The translations under genes were made by a program, and so were the position numbers. The notes below the pieces were generated by a model. It was not told the DNA's origin. It made no database searches and was given only the letters and a program-made list of their open reading frames with translations. 64,000 bases of DNA from Nitrospirota bacterium. Its GTDB lineage: Bacteria > Nitrospirota > Nitrospiria > Nitrospirales > Nitrospiraceae. This document shows, one piece after another, positions 41,080 to 50,356 of this stretch (positions are counted from its first letter, which is position 1; the number at the start of each line of letters is the position of its first letter). Where the stretch lies: contig CAVPBK010000006.1 in NCBI GenBank assembly GCA_963701855.1, positions 1,280,001 to 1,344,000 on the forward strand, in the 5' to 3' direction.

Positions 41080-41730
41080 ATGTGGCCATTCCCATTGGCG
41101 TTCTTAGTTTTCTTCTCGTTGTCGCTTGCCTTCATGATTGTATTGTTGCAACCTGGCTGGGCTGCAGCCGCTGAGACCGCCGACGTAGATGCTGGTCTAT
41201 ACACACTGGGTGCATTTCCATCAGATCAAGGTCTCTTCGCCCAGGGGGGCAACCCCTCGGACACCAGGATCACGAATGGCGTGGGAGCCGGTATCAAGGG
41301 CGCAGTCTTCCCGCACGATTTGGGAAACATCGTCGGGATCGGCTTGGAGATATTTGGCCACGGGAGTGAGATCACATTTTCGCCGGCGCAGGCCGGGTCT
41401 CGTTCCAGTACAAACCTCTGGGTCTTCGGTTCGATGGTGAATCTGACTCTTCGCTACCCCGGGAAGACGTTTGTCCCTTACATCGGTGTCGGGGGTGGTT
41501 ATTCGAGCGGAGTGCTCACCCATGCCAACATCCCGGGTCGTTCGGACCGTGATTTTGAAGGTTCATGGACGTTCGGCTATCAATTCTTTGGCGGGCTGCA
41601 AGGTAATCTGACCGAAAAGGTGTTTCTGTTCAGCGAGTACAAGTACTTCTCTGCCGACTATCACTGGGAGCAGCTCGCGCTGGATTTTCGCTCCCAGTAC
41701 GCCTTGTTTGGCATCGGGCTACGTTTCTAA
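41080..41730 (+). CDS. Small outer-membrane beta-barrel protein
   Basis: PYIGVGGG, FGYQFFGG, FSEYKY, terminal GIGLRF. Confidence 0.88.
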   Translation: MWPFPLAFLVFFSLSLAFMIVLLQPGWAAAAETADVDAGLYTLGAFPSDQGLFAQGGNPSDTRITNGVGAGIKGAVFPHDLGNIVGIGLEIFGHGSEITFSPAQAGSRSSTNLWVFGSMVNLTLRYPGKTFVPYIGVGGGYSSGVLTHANIPGRSDRDFEGSWTFGYQFFGGLQGNLTEKVFLFSEYKYFSADYHWEQLALDFRSQYALFGIGLRF

Positions 41731-41756
41731 GTCGTTGTTCTCTGAAGTAGTACACG

Positions 41757-42518
41757 ATGAGCATCCTCGATCAATTCTTCGTCTATCACCCAGAGCCATG
41801 GAAGGATCAGGATTGGAAAGCCCGCAGTGGGTTGCCGCTTGAAGAGGTTTGGTTTCAGTCGGGGGACGGGACGAAGCTGTTCGGCTGGTACGTTGAGGCT
41901 CAGGCTGATCGTCCTGTCATACTCTGGTGTCACGGCAACGCGGGGAACATCATCAACCGGCTGGAGAATTTGCGCGAACTCTACCGGATCGGATTGTCCG
42001 TCTTCATTTTCGACTATCGTGGGTATGGACGCAGCCAAGGGTCTCCTTCTGAGGAGGGGCTTTATCAGGATGCGCTGGGGGCGCACGATTACCTCACGCG
42101 AACCAGGATGATTCGCTCTGAGCGCATCGTCATCTTCGGGCGCTCACTCGGCGCGGCTGTCGCGGGGGAGCTTGCTGAGCAGAAGCCTGCCGTGGGGTTG
42201 ATTCTCGAATCGGCATTTCCGTCTATCGGCGCTGTGGCCAAGTTCCATTACGGCGGGTTGCCGGTCCATTGGCTGCTCGGAGCAGATTTTGCGTTGATTG
42301 ATCGCCTTCCGCAGCTCTCGCTTCCAAAGCTGATCATTCACGGCGACAAAGACGACATCATCCCCCTTGAGCTAGGCAGGCAAGTCTTCGAGGCAGCTAA
42401 GCCACCCAAATCCTTCTATGTTATTGAAGGCGCCGACCATAACAACACCTACCAGGTCGGGGGCCCGGCCTATTTCCGCCGATGGGCAGAGTTTGTTCAA
42501 ACCGCCATCCGGTCCTAG
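41757..42518 (+). CDS. Alpha/beta hydrolase (ABHD13/17-like)
   Basis: HGNAGN, DYRGYG, GRSLG, HGDKDD, GADHN. Confidence 0.92.
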   Translation: MSILDQFFVYHPEPWKDQDWKARSGLPLEEVWFQSGDGTKLFGWYVEAQADRPVILWCHGNAGNIINRLENLRELYRIGLSVFIFDYRGYGRSQGSPSEEGLYQDALGAHDYLTRTRMIRSERIVIFGRSLGAAVAGELAEQKPAVGLILESAFPSIGAVAKFHYGGLPVHWLLGADFALIDRLPQLSLPKLIIHGDKDDIIPLELGRQVFEAAKPPKSFYVIEGADHNNTYQVGGPAYFRRWAEFVQTAIRS

Positions 42519-42670
42519 CAGGACGCTAGGAAAGTCCGCCAGCCAGTCTTGTTCATTTGGTCTGTTCGGTCTGTCTAATCTATCTCGTTTATTTGGTTTG
42601 TCTTGTTTATTTGGTTGAACCAGACTAACCGGATAAACCAGATAGACCAGATAACCAGACAGACCGGGCT
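42515..42670. repeat. Family B-like end plus ~9-nt periodic inverted microsatellite
   Basis: CTAGCAGGACGCTAGGAAAGTCCGCCAGC then (TTATTTGGT-like)n mirrored by (AACCAGATA-like)n. Confidence 0.65.
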
Positions 42671-43057
42671 TGTCTCAGACGTGCGGGCCACCAAGTTTTT
42701 GGCGTGTCAGAGTCACTGCTATCCGACTTACCAACCTGGGCCGGCCTGCTGGGGCATGAGCGCCTCCTCCGGTAGGGGCTGGAACGGCTGATGGAGCCAC
42801 GTCCACAGATCCCGCTGGGTAAACCAGCCAGGATCTTCTTAGTCACTCACATCAGCATAGCCACCGCTAGCAACATCTTTAAGGAATTGATCAATAAAGA
42901 ACTGACTAAAAAGATGATTGGTGATACGGTCATTACGAGCCCGCTGATGACGCGCTAGAGCAGGGCCACGGCTGTAAATGACTACGGCCGGTGACGGTGT
43001 CAGGGCGAGATATCCGGAGATCGTCTGGATCGTGCGTATGATGAAAGAGAGGCCTGT

Positions 43058-44683
43058 ATGTCGGTGTCTTCGATGCTCCTCGTTCCGACGGTCACCGTAC
43101 AGACATTCCGCCCGGCGAACGCCCGGCGCATCCTTTGCGTCTTTCCCGCCTACACGAAGGCCTTCGGCACTTTCGATCACGCCTTTCCCCTGATGGGACC
43201 TGTCAAGGCCTTCATGCCGCCCCAGGGGATCCTCCTCATCGCGGCGCTCGTGCCACGGGAATGGCAGGTCCGGTTCGTTGACGAGAACATCCGCCCCGTG
43301 ACGGAGAGCGAGTTCGCCTGGGCCGACGCCGTCCTCGTGTCGGGCATGCACATCCAGCGCAGGCAGATTCTCGACCTCGCGCACCGCGCGCACCGCGCAG
43401 GCAAGGTGATCGCTCTCGGTGGGCCCTCGGTCTCCGCGGCGCCCGAGGACTATCCGGAGATTGATCTCCTCCACTGCGGCGAGGTGGGCGACGGGACGCT
43501 CGATCTGTTCCGCCGGCTCGACGAGACTGCGGCGCGCCCCGAGCGGCAGATCGTGTACCGCACAGTCGACCGCCTTCCGATGACCCAGTTCCCGACGCCA
43601 GCCTATCGCCTGATCGATGTCCGCCAGTACCTGCTCGGGTGCGTCCAGTATTCCAGCGGCTGTCCCTTCACCTGCGAGTTCTGCGACATCCCCGCGCTCT
43701 ACGGGAGAAACCCAAGGCTCAAGAGCCCGCAGCAGATTCTGGTCGAGCTCGATGAACTCGCCGACGGCGGGACGCCGTCGATCTACTTCGTGGACGACAA
43801 CTTCATCGGGAATCCCCGGGCCGCGCTGGACCTCCTGCCGCACCTCGTCGAGTGGCAGCGGCGCCGTGACTATACGGTTCGCCTCTCTTGCGAGCTCACG
43901 TTGAACGTCGCCGAGTACCCGGAGATCCTGAAGCTCATGCGCGAGGCGTTCATGACAAATGTCTTCTGCGGCATCGAGACGGTGGACCCGGACGCCCTGC
44001 GAGCCATGAGCAAGAGGCAGAACCTCCGCACACCGATCCTTCAATCCGTGGACACGATCAACAGTTACGGGATCGAAGTCGCCGCCGGGATCATTGTCGG
44101 GCTGGACACCGACACTCCGGAGACGACGGACGCAATCCTGGAATTCATTGAGGCTGCCCAGATCCCGATCGTGACGCCGAACCTGCTCGTCGCCCTGCCG
44201 CACACACCGCTCTACAAGCGGCTCCAGGAGGCAACCCGCCTGAACTCAGGCGAAGGGCGCGACTCGAACATCGAGTACCTACAGCCCTACGAGACCGTGG
44301 TGGCGAACTGGAAGCGGGTGATCCGCGAGACGTACGAGCCACGAAAGATCTACGCGCGCTATGCCACGCAGGCGAAGAAGACGTACCTGCACCGCAAGCG
44401 GCCGGTGCGCCCGCTGGACCAGCTCACCTGGGCCAACGTCCGGCGCGCAGTCGAGGTCTTCTCGCGCACCGCCTGGCGGGTCGGGATCTGTAGCGATTAC
44501 CGGAAAGAGTTCTGGAAGATGACCTGGCGGGAACTGCGCCAGGGTAACGTCGAGTCGGTGTTCCAGATCGCAATGGTAGGGCACCACCTGATTACATTTG
44601 GCCGCGAGTGCCTCACCCGCGACGTGCAGGCCTCTGCCTATTCCGCCCGCGGCCGCGAGGAACGCGCTCTGGTGGCCCGGTGA
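43058..44683 (+). CDS. hpnP: Hopanoid C-2 methylase (B12-dependent radical SAM)
   Basis: RRILCVFP..FGTF..AFMPPQG, SGMHIQR, CPFTCEFC, YGRNPRLK, LLPHLVEWQ, GLDTDTPET, HHLI...ASAYS.R; collinear with HpnP of Rhodopseudomonas as recalled. Confidence 0.85.
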   Translation: MSVSSMLLVPTVTVQTFRPANARRILCVFPAYTKAFGTFDHAFPLMGPVKAFMPPQGILLIAALVPREWQVRFVDENIRPVTESEFAWADAVLVSGMHIQRRQILDLAHRAHRAGKVIALGGPSVSAAPEDYPEIDLLHCGEVGDGTLDLFRRLDETAARPERQIVYRTVDRLPMTQFPTPAYRLIDVRQYLLGCVQYSSGCPFTCEFCDIPALYGRNPRLKSPQQILVELDELADGGTPSIYFVDDNFIGNPRAALDLLPHLVEWQRRRDYTVRLSCELTLNVAEYPEILKLMREAFMTNVFCGIETVDPDALRAMSKRQNLRTPILQSVDTINSYGIEVAAGIIVGLDTDTPETTDAILEFIEAAQIPIVTPNLLVALPHTPLYKRLQEATRLNSGEGRDSNIEYLQPYETVVANWKRVIRETYEPRKIYARYATQAKKTYLHRKRPVRPLDQLTWANVRRAVEVFSRTAWRVGICSDYRKEFWKMTWRELRQGNVESVFQIAMVGHHLITFGRECLTRDVQASAYSARGREERALVAR

Positions 44684-44889
44684 CAGGATCGTGCCTTTGA
44701 AGAGAGCGGCTCGAACACCCTCGAGAATCCCTCATAGATCATCGACTGCCCAAAGTAAAAAAACTGATTGGAGATCGCCTCGGCATTTGGTACAGTGCGC
44801 GTCGGCAAAGCCGGTGACCTATGTAGAGGTGCGGCTTGATGGCGGTGGAAGTAGACGTTTTCATGAGCGATGTAGGTTAAGGAGGCCGG

Positions 44890-45768
44890 GTGATAATTCC
44901 CTTTCGTCTGTTGGCGTTCTGTCTGCTGGGTATCGCGACGATGTTTGCCACCGGCTGTGCTGGGAAAACCGGCACAGTGAAGCCACAGGGGCTGAACGAT
45001 GAGAGGCCAGTATCGGATCAGCCTCCGGCGCCGGCTCCTTCGCTACCGCCAAAGACTCAATCAGACGAACCGTTTGACCCTTTTGCCAAGGCCGAAGAGG
45101 GAGGCTTTGAAGAGTATGATCCCTGGGAACGGGCGAACACCGGCATATTCGAATTCAACCGCCAGGTCGATCGATTTGTGCTGAAGCCGGTGGCGAAGGG
45201 CTATAATTTCGTCATGCCCGACCTGGTCCAAGTCGGCATCAGCAACATCTTTTCCAATCTCCGGTTCGCTCCACGCTTTTTGAACAATGTGTTTCAGGGC
45301 AAGGTCAAAGGCGCCGGCATCGAAATGGGGCGGTTCCTGATCAATAGCACGGTAGGATTGGCCGGGTTTTTCGATCCCGCGAAACATATCGACCTCGTCA
45401 CACCGGAAGAAGACCTGGGACAGACGCTTGGATTCTATGGCGTTAAGCCAGGCCCCTATATAGTTTTGCCGCTGCTTCCGCCCTTCACCGTTCGGGATTT
45501 TGTTGGATATATCGGCGACGTGTTTCTCAATCCGATCAACTGGATGGTCGTACCCATCATTGAAGTCGACGGCATACCCTCCGTGATCGAACACAAGAAC
45601 CGTATGACGTCGAGCATCATCCAGACTGGGTCCCGCGTGGGAGAGGTCATCAATGAACGGTCGCGGAATCTCGAAAAGTTCCAGGGAGTCGAGGAAGCGA
45701 CGTTGGATCTTTATACCGCCGTGCGCAACGCGTATCTGCAGAAGCGCGCCCAGGCAATCCGGGAATAG
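44890..45768 (+). CDS. mlaA: MlaA/VacJ lipoprotein
   Basis: ATGC lipobox, DPWERAN..FEFN, RFLINSTVGLAGFFD, EDLGQTLG.YG..GPYIVLP. Confidence 0.93.
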   Translation: MIIPFRLLAFCLLGIATMFATGCAGKTGTVKPQGLNDERPVSDQPPAPAPSLPPKTQSDEPFDPFAKAEEGGFEEYDPWERANTGIFEFNRQVDRFVLKPVAKGYNFVMPDLVQVGISNIFSNLRFAPRFLNNVFQGKVKGAGIEMGRFLINSTVGLAGFFDPAKHIDLVTPEEDLGQTLGFYGVKPGPYIVLPLLPPFTVRDFVGYIGDVFLNPINWMVVPIIEVDGIPSVIEHKNRMTSSIIQTGSRVGEVINERSRNLEKFQGVEEATLDLYTAVRNAYLQKRAQAIRE

Positions 45769-45771
45769 AGA

Positions 45772-45838
45772 AGTGCTGAGTGCTGAGAACAAGAAGCGAG
45801 TAGACACTTAGCACTCAGCACTCATTGCTCAGCACTAG
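45772..45838. repeat. Inverted CAGCACT heptamer array between convergent genes
   Basis: AGTGCTGAGTGCTGAG ... TAGCACTCAGCACTCATTGCTCAGCACTAG. Confidence 0.8.
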
Positions 45839-47025
45839 GTAATCACGCCCAGTCCCCGACCGACTGTGGCGAAGGCGGCGCCGGCTCGCACAAGCTGTTC
45901 ATGGGTGTGGGCTGCGGACATCTGCACGCGAATCCGTGCCTGACCTTCCGGTACAACCGGATAGCTGAACCCCACGACATAGATCCCTTCCTCCAACAGC
46001 CGCTCTGCCATCCTGGTGGCGAGCGAGGCGTCACCCAGCATGATCGGGATGATGGGATGTTCGCCGGGAATGAGTCGAAATCCAAGGACGGTGAGTTGCG
46101 CGCGGAAGAAGGCTGCGTTCTCGCGCAGTCTGGCCCGTAACTGGTCGCCTTGGGCCACGAGTATCACAGCCCGCCGAGCCGCCGCGGCGATGACCGGGGG
46201 GAGTGAATTCGAAAACAAGTAGGGTCGCGACCGCTGCCGCAACAGTTCGACGATTTCCTTTCGTCCGGAAGTAAACCCGCCTGTTGCGCCCCCCAATGTC
46301 TTTCCCAGTGTGCTGGTGACGATCTCGATTCTGTCGGCGACGCCGAAATGGTCCGGCGTGCCGCGCCCGTTGTGCCCGAGCACGCCGGTCGCGTGACTAT
46401 CGTCCACGATCACCGCGGCATCGTATCTCTCCGCCAGCTCGACGATCCGATCGAGTTTCGCGAGATCGCCATCCATGGAGAAGACTCCGTCCGTCGCGAT
46501 CAGACGAAGGCGATAGGATGCTGCGTCGCGCAACTTGCCTTCCAGGTCCGTCATATCGGAGTGCGCGTAGCGGAGCCTGGTGGCCTTGCAGAGCCGGATG
46601 CCGTCGATCAAGCTGGCGTGGTTCAAGGCGTCGCTGATGACGGCGTCTTGCTCGCCGAGTAGCACCTCAAAGAGTCCGCCGTTGGCGTCGAAGCAGGAAC
46701 TATAGAGGATTGTGTCCTCGGTGCCCAGGAACGTGCTGATCGCCTGTTCGAGTTGTGTATGGAGATCCTGCGTGCCGCAGATGAACCGTACGGAGGCCAT
46801 GCCGTAGCCATGTTCTTGCAGTCCGGTGGCGGCGGCCTGTCTGATGTCCGGGTGGTTGGCGAGCCCTAGATAGTTGTTGGCGCAGAGATTGAGGACTTCA
46901 CCTTGCGCCACGCGAATCTCGGCCCCCTGCGGACCGAGGATCTGCCGCTCGGATTTATAGAGGCCTGCCGCGCGAATTTCAGCGAGTCGCTCCGAAACAG
47001 TTTTTTTGAATGAGTCGTAGGCCAT
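45835..47025 (-). CDS. kbl: 2-amino-3-ketobutyrate CoA ligase
   Basis: [45 protein letters not shown]. Confidence 0.97.
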   Translation of the reverse strand: MAYDSFKKTVSERLAEIRAAGLYKSERQILGPQGAEIRVAQGEVLNLCANNYLGLANHPDIRQAAATGLQEHGYGMASVRFICGTQDLHTQLEQAISTFLGTEDTILYSSCFDANGGLFEVLLGEQDAVISDALNHASLIDGIRLCKATRLRYAHSDMTDLEGKLRDAASYRLRLIATDGVFSMDGDLAKLDRIVELAERYDAAVIVDDSHATGVLGHNGRGTPDHFGVADRIEIVTSTLGKTLGGATGGFTSGRKEIVELLRQRSRPYLFSNSLPPVIAAAARRAVILVAQGDQLRARLRENAAFFRAQLTVLGFRLIPGEHPIIPIMLGDASLATRMAERLLEEGIYVVGFSYPVVPEGQARIRVQMSAAHTHEQLVRAGAAFATVGRGLGVIT

Positions 47026-47106
47026 GGATCGTACTCACGAGCCGCGCGCGAAATGGAGTGTACGCTAGTCGCGCCTTTCTCGCATGTCTCGCCCATCGCG
47101 CGTTGG

Positions 47107-48141
47107 TTATGGGAACAAGACCACTTTCCCGCATTGGCCGGAATTGATCAACTCGAATCCCTGGGCGAAGTCTTTCATGGGAAAGGTATGGGTGATCACC
47201 GGCTTGATATTGAGTCCGGCCTGGAAGAGGCCGGTCAAGCGGTACCAGGTTTTGAAGAGTCGGCGGCCTGTAATGCCGTAGACGCGAATCCCCTTAAAAA
47301 TAATTTCATTTGCGAGATCGCAATTGATCGGGCCGGTCGGAATGCCGAAGAGTGTGACGCGTCCGCCGTTCTTCACGGCACTGAAGGCTTGATGCAGTGC
47401 CGCAGGGTTCCCCGACATTTCGAGCGAGGCGTCGACGCCTTCGCCTGCCGTGATCTCGCGAATGGCGGCGGCGATCCGGTCCGCCGTCTCGGTCTTGGCG
47501 TCGAGCAGATGATCGGCGCCGACTTGTTTGGCCAGGTTCAGGCGGTACGCACTGACATCCGTGGCAATGATCATGGCGGCGCCGGCCGTTCGTGCGACGG
47601 CGGCCGCAAAGAGTCCTGTCGGACCGCAGCCGGTGATCAAGACTGTCTGTCCCGTGAGGTCTTCGACTAAGGCGGCGTCGACGGCGTTTCCGAGCGGTTC
47701 CTGGAGGCAGGCGAGTTCAGAGGGAATGGTGGGCGAAGTTTTCCAGAGCACTGTTTCAGGCAAGGCAACGTATTCTGCAAACGAACCGTCGCGATCAACG
47801 CCGAGGATGCGGTAATGCTTGCACACATGTGCTTGCCCGGTGCGGCATTGGAAGCATTGACCGCATGTGATGTGCGACTCAGCGGCGACGTAATCGCCCA
47901 CCTTGACGAGCGTGACATCCGAGCCGACTTCCACGACTTCGCCGCACATTTCATGGCCAATGATGCGCGGCGGGTGGATGCGGCTATGCGCCCAGGGATC
48001 CCAATTGTAAATATGGGCATCCGTCCCGCAGAGAGAGGTGGCGGTGACGCAGATAATGGCATCGGTAGAGCCCGGTTTCGGATCCGGCCTGTCGGTGGCG
48101 GTCAATCCTGGTTGTGCCGATGTCTTAACGAGCGCACGCAT
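47107..48141 (-). CDS. tdh: L-threonine 3-dehydrogenase
   Basis: CGTDAHIYNWD.W, GHE, ESHITCG, EPLGNAV, LEMSG, GITGRRLFKTW; adjacent to kbl. Confidence 0.96.
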   Translation of the reverse strand: MRALVKTSAQPGLTATDRPDPKPGSTDAIICVTATSLCGTDAHIYNWDPWAHSRIHPPRIIGHEMCGEVVEVGSDVTLVKVGDYVAAESHITCGQCFQCRTGQAHVCKHYRILGVDRDGSFAEYVALPETVLWKTSPTIPSELACLQEPLGNAVDAALVEDLTGQTVLITGCGPTGLFAAAVARTAGAAMIIATDVSAYRLNLAKQVGADHLLDAKTETADRIAAAIREITAGEGVDASLEMSGNPAALHQAFSAVKNGGRVTLFGIPTGPINCDLANEIIFKGIRVYGITGRRLFKTWYRLTGLFQAGLNIKPVITHTFPMKDFAQGFELINSGQCGKVVLFP

Positions 48142-48178
48142 GAGTCCATTGTATACCACGATCTCGATCCCGCCTACT

Positions 48179-48296
48179 CTTAACACGCAGCGAGAAGGTA
48201 GGTTGAGGTTGAGCGAAGATCAGACTCTCTTTATCTCAACCTTAGCCTGAACCTCAACCTTCTTCGCGCTGGCGGACTCTTTCAGCATCTTGTTAG
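48179..48296. repeat. Inverted GTTGAG/CTCAAC hexamer array with a family B right end
   Basis: AGGTTGAGGTTGAG...CTCAACCTTAGCCTGAACCTCAACCTT then GGCGGACTCTTTCAGCATCTTGTTAG. Confidence 0.65.
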
Positions 48297-48335
48297 AGAA
48301 AAAACGAGTTGCCCAAGGTCTGCGAGATCGGTAGG

Positions 48336-49511
48336 ATGAGACCTATGAAGGCTCTGCATTACCGAGGGCTAGCCCGCATGATTCATGAACACTTCTGCCG
48401 CAATCGCCAATCCGCTGCTGCGAGGGGCCTTCGGCCTGCCGGCTCGCCCCTCGGCCCCTCACCGTATTACACGAGTACGCATCGGGGCCTCAGGGCTCCG
48501 CGCGCCGATCTCGCGACGAACCGTCATAAATCATGCAGGCTTGTTCTGTTGGCGGGGATATGTTGCGTGGCACTCTGTTGTCCCGGCCTCGTCGAACCAG
48601 CACACTCCGAATTATCGCCACAGACGACATCCTCTCCTGGTCCCCCGAAGCGGTGGGCACAGTTCGAGTTGAGCCAAGCGGAGTCGATGGGAGATCCGCA
48701 AACCGGCAAGTCTGTCACGCTGACGGTTTTTCTTGGAGGCGTGACAGCGGGTATGACTCCGGTGGTGGCGACCAGTGAATCGATTATGTTTCAGACTCAA
48801 ACGGTCACGCTTGAACCGGATGCAGAGTCGATGGCGTTGAAGGGGACAGTTTTGCTCGAACCGATCCTGATGAGTCGGACCTCCGTCCCACCCAGGGCGG
48901 CGCGCGTGCAAGTGACGTTTTCTCGATCCCGCCAGGACAGACTCGAACCTTTCATGCGCCGGGTCGTGTATGTGACTATGGGTCCGCTAGAGCCGGCCAA
49001 AGAGAATAGTGAATCCCCGCCTGTTCGTCTCGATGAATCTCAGAGTGGGGATGTCATCTTGGATGAAGTACAACCGGCAGTGGAACCGGTCTCGGCCGGC
49101 GCCTTAGCAGAAGAAGATCTAGTCCCGTTTGCCTCTCCGGGGGAGGGGAAGGCCTACTGGCAACATGTGAGCCACCTCATCAGCCGGAGTTGGGCTCGCC
49201 AGATCCGTGGAGTCCGGCGTACACCCAGCAGCGAAACGGTGAAGGTCCGCTTCAAGATGTTTCCCAATGGCCGCGCCCAGCTGATCGAGATTGAGAAAGG
49301 CTCCGGAGCGCGCGAGGTCGACGAAGCCGGAGTGTATGCCGTGATCAATGCCCAACCGTTCCTGCCGTTCCCCGGTGAGTTGGAAGAGGGTGTGGTGGAC
49401 GTGCATGTCCGGATGCGAACCGGCAGTCGGGGACGGTCTCGCGAAGTGCAGTCGGTCGGGAGTCGGTCAACCAGCAAGCCCGATGCATCGGGCCAGCCTT
49501 CGAAGAGGTAG
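48336..49511 (+). CDS. TonB C-terminal domain protein with a repeat element in its signal peptide
   Basis: YWQHVSHLISRSW...VKVRFKMFPNG...IEKGSG..VDEAGVYAVINAQPF.PFP. Confidence 0.78.
   Translation: MRPMKALHYRGLARMIHEHFCRNRQSAAARGLRPAGSPLGPSPYYTSTHRGLRAPRADLATNRHKSCRLVLLAGICCVALCCPGLVEPAHSELSPQTTSSPGPPKRWAQFELSQAESMGDPQTGKSVTLTVFLGGVTAGMTPVVATSESIMFQTQTVTLEPDAESMALKGTVLLEPILMSRTSVPPRAARVQVTFSRSRQDRLEPFMRRVVYVTMGPLEPAKENSESPPVRLDESQSGDVILDEVQPAVEPVSAGALAEEDLVPFASPGEGKAYWQHVSHLISRSWARQIRGVRRTPSSETVKVRFKMFPNGRAQLIEIEKGSGAREVDEAGVYAVINAQPFLPFPGELEEGVVDVHVRMRTGSRGRSREVQSVGSRSTSKPDASGQPSKR
48369..48543. mobile_element. 175-bp miniature inverted-repeat element, family A, intragenic
   Basis: Ends CTAGCCCGCATGATTCATGA / TCATAAATCATGCAGGCTTG (17/20 inverted match). 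Confidence 0.85.
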
Positions 49512-49561
49512 GGTGCAACCTGCTCAGGCCCCATGTGCGATATAACCAGGAGAAGTGATTC

Positions 49562-50173
49562 ATGCTGAAGAGAAGAGGATGGAATTGGCGAGTGCTCTTG
49601 CTGTTCGTGGCGATGCTCTGGTTCCCGTTGGTGGTTCACGCAGAACCAGCTCGGTGGAACTTGGACCCTGAGCATTCGACAATTGAGTTTCGCGTCACGC
49701 ACATGGTCGTGTCGAAGACCACAGGCCGGTTCACGGACTATGCCGGATTTATCGACATGGATGCCGAATCCGGTACAGTGACGGCCGTTGAGGCTACGAT
49801 CAAGGCCGGGTCGGTGAATACGAATCACGAAAAACGGGATGCCCACTTGCGGAATGCCGACTTTCTTGATGTAGAACACTATCCGACAATGACCTTCAAG
49901 CTGAAGAGCTACAAGAAAACCGCAGAGAGCTTTACGGCGGTAGGAGACCTCACGCTACGTGGGGTGACCAAGGAAATCACACTGATGGGCCGTTTTAACG
50001 GGGCGACGAAGGACCCCTGGGGCAATACCAGGGCCGGCTTCAGCGCGGATGGGAAACTCAACCGCAAAGATTTCGGCCTGGTTTGGAACAAGACCTTGGA
50101 TAGCGGTGGGCTCGTTGTGGGCGACGAGGTGCAGATTAGGCTCGAGATTGAATGTATCAAGGCGAAGCCCTGA
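49562..50173 (+). CDS. YceI family protein
   Basis: WNLDPEHS..F..HM, RDAHLR.ADF, GDLTLRGVTK, DPWGN.RAGF. Confidence 0.95.
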   Translation: MLKRRGWNWRVLLLFVAMLWFPLVVHAEPARWNLDPEHSTIEFRVTHMVVSKTTGRFTDYAGFIDMDAESGTVTAVEATIKAGSVNTNHEKRDAHLRNADFLDVEHYPTMTFKLKSYKKTAESFTAVGDLTLRGVTKEITLMGRFNGATKDPWGNTRAGFSADGKLNRKDFGLVWNKTLDSGGLVVGDEVQIRLEIECIKAKP

Positions 50174-50298
50174 CAGGCTGCTGAAAAAGGCCCCCAACTT
50201 CGTTCTCGGTTCGTCACAATCCTCAACGCACCCGAGAGGGTGCGCCTCCGGTTGTGACTCCCCTGCGGCCTCTTGGATGACCTTTTCGAGCAGCCTGT
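50173..50298. mobile_element. Miniature inverted-repeat element, family B
   Basis: Ends ACAGGCTGCTGAAAAAGG / CCTTTTCGAGCAGCCTGT. Confidence 0.78.
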
Positions 50299-50356
50299 GT
50301 TGTGTTCGTCCGCTTGGGCGCGGCTCACCATCGGCCAATTTCCCTGAGAGGAATCA

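Noticed and set aside
42550..42665. CRISPR array in short repeat tracts (also 45772, 48179, 53396)
   Set aside because: 6-9 nt periodic units without unique spacers; no cas genes
42839..44203. 454-aa minus-strand ORF
   Set aside because: Antisense shadow of GC-rich hpnP; only the AT-rich last ~35 codons might be a gene remnant
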